Below are positions 28,900-37,931 of a DNA stretch of 64,000 nt, one piece after another. The translations under genes were made by a program, and so were the position numbers. The DNA comes from Ignavibacteriota bacterium (GTDB lineage: Bacteria > Bacteroidota > Ignavibacteria > UBA10030 > CAVZMI01), in contig CAVZMI010000023.1 of the NCBI GenBank assembly GCA_963776275.1, positions 352,001 to 416,000 on the forward strand. The letters are read 5' to 3'. The notes under the pieces are model-generated. The model ran no database searches and was not told the origin of the DNA. It was given only the letters and a program-made list of their open reading frames with translations. The stretch's first letter is position 1, and each line of letters begins with the position of its first letter.

Positions 28900-31341
28900 T
28901 CAGCGCCATTGGATTTTCCAGACAGAATCAACAGTCATGTGAAAAACAATAGCTCCCTGCTCATCGGTTCTCTCAATGGGTATTGAGTTGTGTTGATAGC
29001 GCGAAATCACATCGACCGATGGATGTCTAAATTTATTGTTTTTTCCAACAGAAACAACTGCATGGGCTGGTTTCACGGTAGATATAAAGGGATCCGAGCT
29101 TGCGTTGATACTTCCGTGATGGGCTACCTTAAGTATCGAACTATGAAGAAAAACCCCGTAATACTCGCATAATTCTTTCTCGACAGCCTCTTCAGTATCA
29201 CCCATCAGCAGTATGGATGAGCGACCATAACACAATCGGAGTACAATCGAAGTGTTGTTAAGATTCGGCCGATCTAACTCTCTCACCGACTCAGAAAATA
29301 TACCATTTGGATGGAGAACGTACAATCGCGTGTTATCGAATGCATCTATCTGCATCCCTGAAGAGAGAAACTCTATAGGGATATTCTTTTCCTGAATGAT
29401 TTTCTGAAGATCAGTCAGCAGAGATGAGGGTAAATCGGTGCGGGGCATATAGATTTTCTTTACCGGGATTGATTCAATTACCGACAGTGCCCCGCCAACA
29501 TGATCGCTGTGACCATGAGTGAGCACAAACGCATCGACTTGCGTGATTCCTTTCCATTTTAAGAACGGGAGAATTACCCGTTGTCCCGCATCGGAATTAA
29601 ACGTCCGCGATCCCGAATCGATTAGTAAAATCTTCCCATCCGGATATTCTATTACCGCGGCATCTCCCTGACCGACATCAAGAAATGTCACCGTCACCTG
29701 CGGTGGAAATAAGAATGCTGCTGATCCGGGAGCAGGATAGAAAACGAAAATGTTCGCAACGGCAAGAAAAAGGATCAACCCTTTACGCTTCCACGATCCC
29801 TTCCACAATGAGAACACAATTGCGATGAGAAGATAGTATCCAACCGTAAGTAAACCTGTCGTTGTATGAACTTCAAGAACGGACCAGCGAAAGTGGGCCG
29901 CTATTGTAATAATTTTTAATGTCAAATATAAAAGCATATGCGTCGCTGCACCGGCGAGTACAGCACACCAGGAAGAAAAAATGCTGAGGACAACAACCAC
30001 AATACCCAGTGCAAGAGCGATATTTGCTGCCGGAACGACGACAACATTTGCAAAAAACGACACAAGAGAAATACGACCAAAATACTGTACAATTAATGGC
30101 AAGGTCCCCATCTGGGCAACAAGCGATACAATAAACAACTTGACAATGGGTGAAAGCCATCGCGTCAGACGGTAGCGCTCGAATATGGGAATTATTGCCG
30201 ATTCCATCGGGGAATAGAAAAGGACAAGCGAAATTACGGCTCCATATGAAAGCTGGAATCCAATATCAAAGAATTGCCGGGCATCGTACACATAGATGAT
30301 CAGTGCCGAGACTGCAAGCGCATTCATAATATTGGCCCGACGCTGGATTATGTTTCCCACAAGTAGCACAACGACCATCAAGGTTGCACGGACAATCGAC
30401 GGAGTTGATCCGGCAACGGCCATATAGAGTAAGAGCGTAAGAATGATCGCACACGTTTTCACAATTCTGTTCCCCGGGATAAAGCTACTCAGCGCCACAA
30501 CGATGAGCGCAACGAATGCAACGTTCAACCCGGAGACTGCCAGAATATGAACGACACCGGCATTGATGAACGAAGTCTGTACTTCTTTTGGAATCTCGCT
30601 CCTATCGCCGATTATAAGTCCTTTAAGAAATGCTCCCTCAACTCCACCGATTGTTGTATCGACGACACTCCTGACATAGTTCCGGATCGGCAGGATAATC
30701 CAGGATTTCAAGAGATTCCCTTCCTTTTTCTCAAGACATTGAATATCCTCCATTTCGGACACTGTCATGACAGCGTAGATATTATTCAACTCGAGATAAT
30801 TTCGATAATTGAATTCTCCCGGATTCCGTTCATGCCTCGGGACTTCGATAATGCCCCGAATCACAACTACATCACCGTAGCTCAGTCCATGATTTCTCAA
30901 AGTATCATCCCGTTTGTACCTGAAACTTACGATAACATCACCGTTAACCTCAGTTCTGATTGTATCATTGAACATGTCCGAGGCATGCAGGAGAAACGAG
31001 AGTCGGTCGTTGCGGATTTCCGGCTGTTCCGCGATCGTTCCTATCAAGATTCCCTGTCGCGGATGAGAGAGAAAGAATGAAATATGATTCCGGGGGAGCA
31101 GAGTCGTGTCAATACTGTACTTTGTCATCCCGATACATATCAGCACCAAGATGAGAAGGAGTGTCTGCAGATCTTTTCCATATCGATGTCGGATGATTCC
31201 AACGGTCAAATACACCAGGAGGATCATCACGGTCTCGATTGCGATAAGGAGAGAAAATGGTATAATAAGAAACCGTCCGGCGATGATTCCCGCCGTAATC
31301 CAAAATGCCAGACGAACTGCTGGTTGACGATTCCAATCCAA
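28900..31341 (-). CDS. comEC: DNA uptake competence protein ComEC/Rec2
   Basis: RNPGEFNY, HILAVSGLNV, GFQLSY, metallo-beta-lactamase DVGQGDA, THGHSDH, KVAHHGS, HP. Confidence 0.96.
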   Translation of the reverse strand: MDWNRQPAVRLAFWITAGIIAGRFLIIPFSLLIAIETVMILLVYLTVGIIRHRYGKDLQTLLLILVLICIGMTKYSIDTTLLPRNHISFFLSHPRQGILIGTIAEQPEIRNDRLSFLLHASDMFNDTIRTEVNGDVIVSFRYKRDDTLRNHGLSYGDVVVIRGIIEVPRHERNPGEFNYRNYLELNNIYAVMTVSEMEDIQCLEKKEGNLLKSWIILPIRNYVRSVVDTTIGGVEGAFLKGLIIGDRSEIPKEVQTSFINAGVVHILAVSGLNVAFVALIVVALSSFIPGNRIVKTCAIILTLLLYMAVAGSTPSIVRATLMVVVLLVGNIIQRRANIMNALAVSALIIYVYDARQFFDIGFQLSYGAVISLVLFYSPMESAIIPIFERYRLTRWLSPIVKLFIVSLVAQMGTLPLIVQYFGRISLVSFFANVVVVPAANIALALGIVVVVLSIFSSWCAVLAGAATHMLLYLTLKIITIAAHFRWSVLEVHTTTGLLTVGYYLLIAIVFSLWKGSWKRKGLILFLAVANIFVFYPAPGSAAFLFPPQVTVTFLDVGQGDAAVIEYPDGKILLIDSGSRTFNSDAGQRVILPFLKWKGITQVDAFVLTHGHSDHVGGALSVIESIPVKKIYMPRTDLPSSLLTDLQKIIQEKNIPIEFLSSGMQIDAFDNTRLYVLHPNGIFSESVRELDRPNLNNTSIVLRLCYGRSSILLMGDTEEAVEKELCEYYGVFLHSSILKVAHHGSINASSDPFISTVKPAHAVVSVGKNNKFRHPSVDVISRYQHNSIPIERTDEQGAIVFHMTVDSVWKIQWR

Positions 31342-31354
31342 TGTGTAATCCTCT

Positions 31355-32272
31355 TCAGACGGAATATTTATCGAATAATCGGAGGATTGTAGGTGTTACG
31401 TGCGCGATATTCTTGATATTCCGCGCAATGAAATTCCTGTGTGCGCCAACCACGATCAACGGAACCGGATTCCGCGTATGCGTGCGGACATCGAGTGATT
31501 CAATATTCCCGTGGTCGCTTGTGATCAACAGCGTTGTCGATGTATAATCAAATATCTCGAGAATTCCTCCGAGAAAACCGTCAAACCGTTCCAGAAAATT
31601 GACCGATTGTTCCATGCTCTGCCGATGACCTGCATGGTCCGTAAGAAAATATTCAAACAATGTGAAATCGTATGACCGGCTGAGTTCATAAAAATGATTC
31701 CCTGCTTCGGTGGGAGTTACCGTCGGAATATCGGGGTATCCCAGATCTCCCCATATCTCGCGTGTGAGATCGGCTGACACACCCTCATTTCTCCGGAGTT
31801 CTTCGTCGCCCCGCAACGGTACCCCTGCCATCTGGCATGCAAGCGTCGTTACCGTAAATCGCGTTTTCTCGGATGCGATGTACTTAAAGAATTGTTGGGG
31901 ATATGCATTGGCAAAACACACGCGTTTTTCCCGGACTTTCAGCTGATGAAAAATATTTTTTTCTCGAATAATCTCCCGCTGTAATGATGGAGGGTACTGA
32001 CCGAAATGCCGGCCAAGTAATTTTGGAGAATTGACTCCTGAAAAGAGAGCTGTCTGACCTGTGCCGCTTTGCGGAAGTCCTGGAATTCCCAGTGTCGCAT
32101 TGATCGGAATAACTACCGCATGATCAGCCCGAAGGCGTGCGGAACGCCGATGCGGAATACCGCCACCGAATAACGATCGCAGATGGGGAAGTCTGGCCGA
32201 GAAGAATGGATTGGAGGCTGAATCCTTTTTCCCTATTCCCACACCGTCAAGAAAAAGCATTGTTACGGACAA
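31355..32272 (-). CDS. Metalloenzyme (alkaline-phosphatase superfamily, iPGM/phosphopentomutase-like)
   Basis: FLDGVG, GLPQSGTGQT, TDHAGH, TSDHGNIE, HTRNPVP. Confidence 0.88.
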   Translation of the reverse strand: MSVTMLFLDGVGIGKKDSASNPFFSARLPHLRSLFGGGIPHRRSARLRADHAVVIPINATLGIPGLPQSGTGQTALFSGVNSPKLLGRHFGQYPPSLQREIIREKNIFHQLKVREKRVCFANAYPQQFFKYIASEKTRFTVTTLACQMAGVPLRGDEELRRNEGVSADLTREIWGDLGYPDIPTVTPTEAGNHFYELSRSYDFTLFEYFLTDHAGHRQSMEQSVNFLERFDGFLGGILEIFDYTSTTLLITSDHGNIESLDVRTHTRNPVPLIVVGAHRNFIARNIKNIAHVTPTILRLFDKYSV

Positions 32273-32275
32273 TGA

Positions 32276-33085
32276 TCACTTCTCCTGGTGTTTCGGTTCA
32301 TCCCCTTTCCGCGGGACTGATTTCCCGACCTGAGTATCGATATATACACGCCAGGCCTTTTCTATATCCCTATATTTTTCTCCGAATGTTTTTTCAAATC
32401 CCTCTTCCAAAGTTTTGTCGCTCGGTATAGCCATAAAGAGAGATATGAATTTCTGCTCACCATAGCGGTTAATTAGAAAATCTAGTGTCTTCAAGAGAAG
32501 ATAATTATAATCTCCTATCTCTTTGGGATTATTGGATTGTTGCCCTTCTTCGGTAAAATCATCAAATGAACGCATATAGGCTACCGGAGGCGGCGTAAGG
32601 GGCAACTCAATATTCGCATACCGGAGCGCGTAGCCGTACGTCAGCCACCGTGGAGTTCCGTGTACTGAACCACGATCTAGAATTGAATATGCAATAGCAA
32701 AGCGAAGAATTGGGAGCATTCGTTCACGGGCAATTCCGGCATCATTCCAGGAAACTATATAGAGTGTATCGTGTGAATAGAATGCCGGGGATTCAATCCT
32801 TCCGGAAATTCTTCGCATTAATCCGACGAATGAAGCACCCAGCACCGTTGGAATTTCTTTGGGAAGGCGGAGCATCACTTTGGCATTAAAATCTCCAAAA
32901 ATTAACTCGATGTCATCCGCAACCGCGCGGATATTCTCGATCGAAATTCCCCGTTCGTACATGATTCGGAAATGCGGAGTAGAAAATGTATCGGCTGGAA
33001 CCACCTGTGAAAGCTCCTGCCCCCATGCACAGAATGGTAACGCCAATACAACACAGAAAATCTTGAATAAGTGCTTCCGTTTCAT
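32276..33085 (-). CDS. Exported peptidase-MA-like protein lacking catalytic residues
   Basis: Signal peptide; T.HF.I.Y, PRWL..G.A.RY and FG.....E..W scaffold, but RFAIAY where HExxH is expected. Confidence 0.6.
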   Translation of the reverse strand: MKRKHLFKIFCVVLALPFCAWGQELSQVVPADTFSTPHFRIMYERGISIENIRAVADDIELIFGDFNAKVMLRLPKEIPTVLGASFVGLMRRISGRIESPAFYSHDTLYIVSWNDAGIARERMLPILRFAIAYSILDRGSVHGTPRWLTYGYALRYANIELPLTPPPVAYMRSFDDFTEEGQQSNNPKEIGDYNYLLLKTLDFLINRYGEQKFISLFMAIPSDKTLEEGFEKTFGEKYRDIEKAWRVYIDTQVGKSVPRKGDEPKHQEK

Positions 33086-33101
33086 AAAGACTCCTTCGCA
33101 A

Positions 33102-33557
33102 TTATGGATGCGGTTTACTCTCAATCATAATCGTTACGGGACCATCATTGACAAGTTCAACTTTCATCATCGCCCGGAAAACGCCTGTCGCGACCCGGTC
33201 TGTTCCGAGAATCGTTCTCAGAGATTGTACATAGTGCTCGTACAATGCCTCTGCAAGCGCGGGTTCGGCGGCGTCAGTATAACTCGGACGATTTCCTTTT
33301 CTCGTATCGGCATACAGAGTGAACTGCGATACCACAAGAGCACTTCCCCGGGTATCGAGTGCAGAGAGATTCATTTTCCCGTTTTCATCTTCAAAAATAC
33401 GCAATGCAGCCGTCCTCGATGCCAGGTACTCGGCGTCTGCCGCCATATCCCCCTGCCGCACACCGAGAAACACGAGAACACCTTTACCAATTGAGCCCGT
33501 GAGAGAGTCCTCGACAACGACGCTGCAACGTTGGACGCGTTGAATCAGAACTCTCAT
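33102..33557 (-). CDS. dtd: D-aminoacyl-tRNA deacylase
   Basis: QRV, LRIFED..GKMN, SQFTL, KGNRPS, NDGPVT. Confidence 0.98.
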   Translation of the reverse strand: MRVLIQRVQRCSVVVEDSLTGSIGKGVLVFLGVRQGDMAADAEYLASRTAALRIFEDENGKMNLSALDTRGSALVVSQFTLYADTRKGNRPSYTDAAEPALAEALYEHYVQSLRTILGTDRVATGVFRAMMKVELVNDGPVTIMIESKPHP

Positions 33558-34450
33558 ACGTTTTGACCAACCCCCCGTCCACAGACCACCCTGTCGTTTC
33601 CGGAATAATCTTTTATTATTGATACATCCTGGAAAATCGAAGAGAACAGGGAAGTAACTTCTTCCCCTTGATTATATGCAATTTCGATAAAACATGTTCC
33701 TTGAGCCTTCAGAAGTTTCGGCATCAGCGATGTTATTCTCTTGAAAAACACGAGACCGTCTTTCTCATCTGTTGCCGCACGGCGAGGTTCGTAACGGGTA
33801 ATCTCGGGCTGCAGATACTTGTACTCTTCAAGTGCTATATATGGCGGATTCGAGACGACGATATCGAAGGGAGTGTATTTTTCAGGGAACAATTGCAGAA
33901 TATCCTGCTCTACGAAGAGTATTTTTCCCGCTACCTGATGCTTCAGCGCATTCTGCTGTGCTACAGCGAGAGCATCGCCGCTGATATCACAGGCGACACA
34001 TTTAATGCGCGAATCATAATGAGCGAGACTTATCGGGATATTCCCGCTCCCGGTACCGATATCAAGAACGTTCAGCGACGATTCACAATCGACACACTGC
34101 TTACATTCTTCAAGAACAGCCTCAACAAGCCTCTCCGTCTCAGGACGTGGAATGAAAACGGACGGAGCAATCAGGAATTCCAATCCCATAAATTCGGTCT
34201 TTCCCAGAATATATTGGAGAGGCTCGTGATCAAGACGACGTTTGAGTAACTCTTTGAAGCGGGCTAGTTCCTGAGATGTCAGCGGCTTTTCGAAATTCGT
34301 ATAGAGATCAATTCGCCGGCACTGAAGCGTATGGGAAAGGAGAAGTTCGACCGTCAGACGCGGGCTATCGATTTCTCTGCCTCTGAGATAATCGACTCCC
34401 CAGGAAATTATCGACAGTGGAGTCCATGCACTGGTCGTCGTTGTCGTCAT
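33554..34450 (-). CDS. prmC: Release factor glutamine methyltransferase
   Basis: [28 protein letters not shown]. Confidence 0.97.
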   Translation of the reverse strand: MTTTTTSAWTPLSIISWGVDYLRGREIDSPRLTVELLLSHTLQCRRIDLYTNFEKPLTSQELARFKELLKRRLDHEPLQYILGKTEFMGLEFLIAPSVFIPRPETERLVEAVLEECKQCVDCESSLNVLDIGTGSGNIPISLAHYDSRIKCVACDISGDALAVAQQNALKHQVAGKILFVEQDILQLFPEKYTPFDIVVSNPPYIALEEYKYLQPEITRYEPRRAATDEKDGLVFFKRITSLMPKLLKAQGTCFIEIAYNQGEEVTSLFSSIFQDVSIIKDYSGNDRVVCGRGVGQNV

Positions 34451-34959
34451 TTGTCGTTCTTTTTTTCCTTTTCAGGTGATGACTCTTCAGCCAGTAACAT
34501 ATGAAGATCGTTTTGGAGTTTTTTTGCCTGGACGAGAATCTGGAGTAATTGATCCTCCGTCTCACTATCTCCCTCAGGCCGCATATCCCAGGCACGCATC
34601 AATGCATCAATTGTCGAATCGATTTTCTTACTCATTATACCGGTAAGGAGGGCTGGGGTAATTTGAATCCGTCTTAATTTTACGCGCTCTCCTCCATAGA
34701 TCCCCAATATTTCCATCTGTGCCTGATCTTCAACGGATTTTTCTGAGGGCTCGATTCCGCTAGCGGCATCGAGCCATTCGCCCGAGACAAATTCAAAGCG
34801 ATCATCGTAGGTGATTGCTCTGGAAAATTCATCAAAGGGGAGTGGATCCCTGTCGGCGAGGGCATCGAGAGATAGCTTCCATAGTTTTTTGATCGGAACA
34901 ATCACATCAGGATCGTTCGCCAGTAACTTTTCCGCTGCGTCGAGAAATGGATTATTCAT
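34447..34959 (-). CDS. Hypothetical protein
   Basis: 170-aa acidic, helical ORF; ATGA overlap with prmC. Confidence 0.7.
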   Translation of the reverse strand: MNNPFLDAAEKLLANDPDVIVPIKKLWKLSLDALADRDPLPFDEFSRAITYDDRFEFVSGEWLDAASGIEPSEKSVEDQAQMEILGIYGGERVKLRRIQITPALLTGIMSKKIDSTIDALMRAWDMRPEGDSETEDQLLQILVQAKKLQNDLHMLLAEESSPEKEKKNDK

Positions 34960-35025
34960 AGTGATCTCGATGATGGAACCACCGGAAGAAGGACAGACCT
35001 GTCGCGGAATCTTTGCTTACAATAC

Positions 35026-35436
35026 TCAGGATTTTCCTTTACGCAATTGTGCCGCGATCAAGGTTGCTACGTTATCAATATCGAAATGGGACTTCGGAAG
35101 TAGAACTGCCAGAAACCGGTCTGTCATTGTTTTCAGTCCGTCATACGTATCAGCACTGCAAAAAAAGATCGGCGTCTTCATGTTTACTCCCTCTTTCCGT
35201 GCAAGCTGGAGTAGTGCGATGCCGGGGAGATGGCCGGGGATATGTTCATCTTTAAATTCATTATCCAGAATAATCAAATCGAATTTTTCATTCGATATGA
35301 GATTTCGAGTCTTGACGCTGGTTTCCGCTTCAACAATCTGGACACGCTGGCCGATCTGTTTCCCCGTCTCTTCCAGTGCAAATGCAAGCGCCTTTCTCTG
35401 GCCTTCCTCGTCGTCCGCTAATAACACTTTGTACAT
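35026..35436 (-). CDS. Single-domain response regulator (receiver only)
   Basis: VLLADDE, DLIILD, GIAL, PI.F.SA, K. Confidence 0.88.
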   Translation of the reverse strand: MYKVLLADDEEGQRKALAFALEETGKQIGQRVQIVEAETSVKTRNLISNEKFDLIILDNEFKDEHIPGHLPGIALLQLARKEGVNMKTPIFFCSADTYDGLKTMTDRFLAVLLPKSHFDIDNVATLIAAQLRKGKS

Positions 35437-35518
35437 TGGATATCGTTTCCGTGAAGTTAAAAAATGATACTATTATAAGATACAAAAAAAAAATATTGTC
35501 CGCAACGAGATGTTATTG

Positions 35519-36154
35519 CTACGGTATTTCGGCCGGTTGCCTGTACCGAAGAGACCGGATTTTCGTGATAATCATGTCAATTGCCACCTCATTTTCACCT
35601 CCCCGGGGCACAATAATATCGGCCCAGCGTTTACTTGGTTCTACGAACTCACAATGCATGGGCTTGACAGTCGATACATATTGATGAATAATGGAATCGA
35701 TCGACCTCCCCCGTTCTGTTAGATCTCTTTTCATGCGGCGGAGCAACCTCTCATCGGCATCCGTATCGACAAAAATCTTTACATCCATCAAATCACGAAG
35801 CTCCTGTTCAATAAATATCAGTATTCCCTCAACAATGATGATCCGTTTGGGATCTATTGTCCGGGTCTCCGATCGACGCCGGTGTGTTGAAAAATCGTAA
35901 AGAGGCTGTTCGATCGAGCGACCTTCACGCAGGTTTTTCAAATGCCTTATTACTAACGATGTTTCGAGCGCATCGGGATGATCATAGTTGATCTCTGCCG
36001 AACTCTTTCCCGGATAATGTGACAGATCATAATAATATGAATCGTGCGCGATCACAACGACATCTGAAGAATCGAGCCGTTCGACGACTTTCTCCGTCAC
36101 TGTTGTCTTCCCCGACCCGGTTCCTCCTGCTATACCGATTATTAACGAGCTCAT
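35519..36154 (-). CDS. udk: Uridine kinase
   Basis: GIAGGTGSGKTT, DSYY, NYDHP, RD..ERGR, EPSK..AD. Confidence 0.97.
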   Translation of the reverse strand: MSSLIIGIAGGTGSGKTTVTEKVVERLDSSDVVVIAHDSYYYDLSHYPGKSSAEINYDHPDALETSLVIRHLKNLREGRSIEQPLYDFSTHRRRSETRTIDPKRIIIVEGILIFIEQELRDLMDVKIFVDTDADERLLRRMKRDLTERGRSIDSIIHQYVSTVKPMHCEFVEPSKRWADIIVPRGGENEVAIDMIITKIRSLRYRQPAEIP

Positions 36155-36264
36155 GTTTGAATATACATTGCTATTTCGGGAACTGCAAGGCAGTTCTCTT
36201 GATTCCTGCTTGATAAATCAGTATTTTTTATATAAGAAATGGTATTATCACATCCCGGATATCC

Positions 36265-37362
36265 ATGTTCCTGGCTCTTTTAAGTATATCTCTTCTTCTC
36301 TATCTCATCCAATCGACGCTGATCCTCTTGGGTGTCCGGCGTGTGCAACGTTCCGGGCACTATAGTTCTGAGCCGACGGTGACTGTTATCGTCGCTGCAC
36401 GAAATGAAGAAGAGCATATCGGCTCATGCCTTGATTCTCTGTTGAATATCAGCTATCCCCATGACAAACTCGAAATCATTATTGTCGACGACCGCTCGAC
36501 CGATACAACGGCCTCGATTATCGCATCCTATTCCCAGCACTATCCCTTTGTGAAGACTTTCACCGCGGAACAGAGTCAGAGTCATCTCAAAGGGAAAGCA
36601 AATGCAGTGGCGCAGGCGATCGATCGCTCATCAGGCGAGATAATTCTGCAGACCGATGCCGATTGTACCGTCAAGCCCGAGTGGGTGCGTGAAACGGTGA
36701 GCCGATATAGCCCGACAACCGGCATTGTCGGAGGTTTTACCCTTCTTCGGTCGGATGACTGGTTCGGCGCGATCCAGGCTCTCGACTGGATCTACCTCTT
36801 CACTCTCGCCGCTGCAGGAATCGGCTGGAAAAAACCGCTGACAGTCGTCGGAAATCATCTGACCTATCGCCGGAAAGCATACGACGATGTCGGAGGATAC
36901 CGATCGATCAAGTTCAGCGTCACAGAGGATTATGCACTTGTTCATGCCGTCGAAGACAAGACCCGATGGGATTTTAATTTTTCAACTTCGGAACGATCAC
37001 TGGTGACAAGCCTACCATGTTCCACGGCGAACGAGCTCTACCGCCAGCGAGTGCGATGGGGAGTGGGCGGATTGGAGATGAAATTCCGCGGACTCGCAGT
37101 CATGGCCGTCGGATTTATCCTGCATGCTCTTCTTCTGCTCGGAATTTTGCTGAGTCCTCGGATGGATCTTTTACTCGGAGCTTTTTTGGTTAAGACGCTT
37201 GCCGATATGTTTGTTCTGTATCGCCCGCTTCACACTTTCAAAGTCGATTCGCTGTTTCGATACATTATTCACTTTGAAATTTATTTTATAATTTATGTTA
37301 TCGTTTTGCCGTTCGCTGTTTTTTTTCATCACAATGTCAAATGGAAAGGACGAACATACTAA
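36265..37362 (+). CDS. GT2-family membrane glycosyltransferase
   Basis: AARNEE, DDRSTD, TDADC, TED, QRVRW; N- and C-terminal TM helices. Confidence 0.93.
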   Translation: MFLALLSISLLLYLIQSTLILLGVRRVQRSGHYSSEPTVTVIVAARNEEEHIGSCLDSLLNISYPHDKLEIIIVDDRSTDTTASIIASYSQHYPFVKTFTAEQSQSHLKGKANAVAQAIDRSSGEIILQTDADCTVKPEWVRETVSRYSPTTGIVGGFTLLRSDDWFGAIQALDWIYLFTLAAAGIGWKKPLTVVGNHLTYRRKAYDDVGGYRSIKFSVTEDYALVHAVEDKTRWDFNFSTSERSLVTSLPCSTANELYRQRVRWGVGGLEMKFRGLAVMAVGFILHALLLLGILLSPRMDLLLGAFLVKTLADMFVLYRPLHTFKVDSLFRYIIHFEIYFIIYVIVLPFAVFFHHNVKWKGRTY

Positions 37363-37801
37363 TACCCATCCAATTAAATGATTGAACAGTGTCTGCCCAA
37401 TATTTCTTCAACCATGGCTATTTTCCCTTACAGCAATTATTTTCTATAAGCTTTGATGGTACTGTGCCCCTTCGTTTGTATACGGTGAAACAGTACCGCT
37501 TCGCGGTATTTAATTAGTTGTAGGGGCACTAGTAAGTCCTCAACTCCGTGTCCTCCATACAGGATCGCTGTTTCAAAGTACTTCGTAAGCTTATGGTTAA
37601 ATATAACCGGTTAATACAATTACCTTATTTTCAATGTTGAAGAGTGTTTCTAAATAATTCATCGACTATCCCCGAATGGTAAATTCCTTAATTAATAATA
37701 AAAAATTATCACCTCACAGAGGTTTCATCTTTCTCAATACTCGTTACTGAATTATAAAACAACAGGCGGGGTATTAAAGTTCAGCGTCAATTAATTATAA
37801 T

Positions 37802-37893
37802 AAAAAAGCCGGCACCCCTCTTCGAGCCCAAGGCTCATCGGCTCGACAGATTTCGTCGAAGTCTGACGACCTTTGGCTGAGAAGAGTACCGGT
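37802..37893 (-). terminator. nrdJ terminator with nested palindromic inserts in the loop
   Basis: Minus strand ACCGGUACUCUUC...GAAGAGGGGUGCCGGC-UUUUUU enclosing a 57-nt loop. Confidence 0.6.
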
Positions 37894-37931
37894 TCTATTC
37901 TTCCTCTTATAGTCCGCAACAGCGACAGCCG

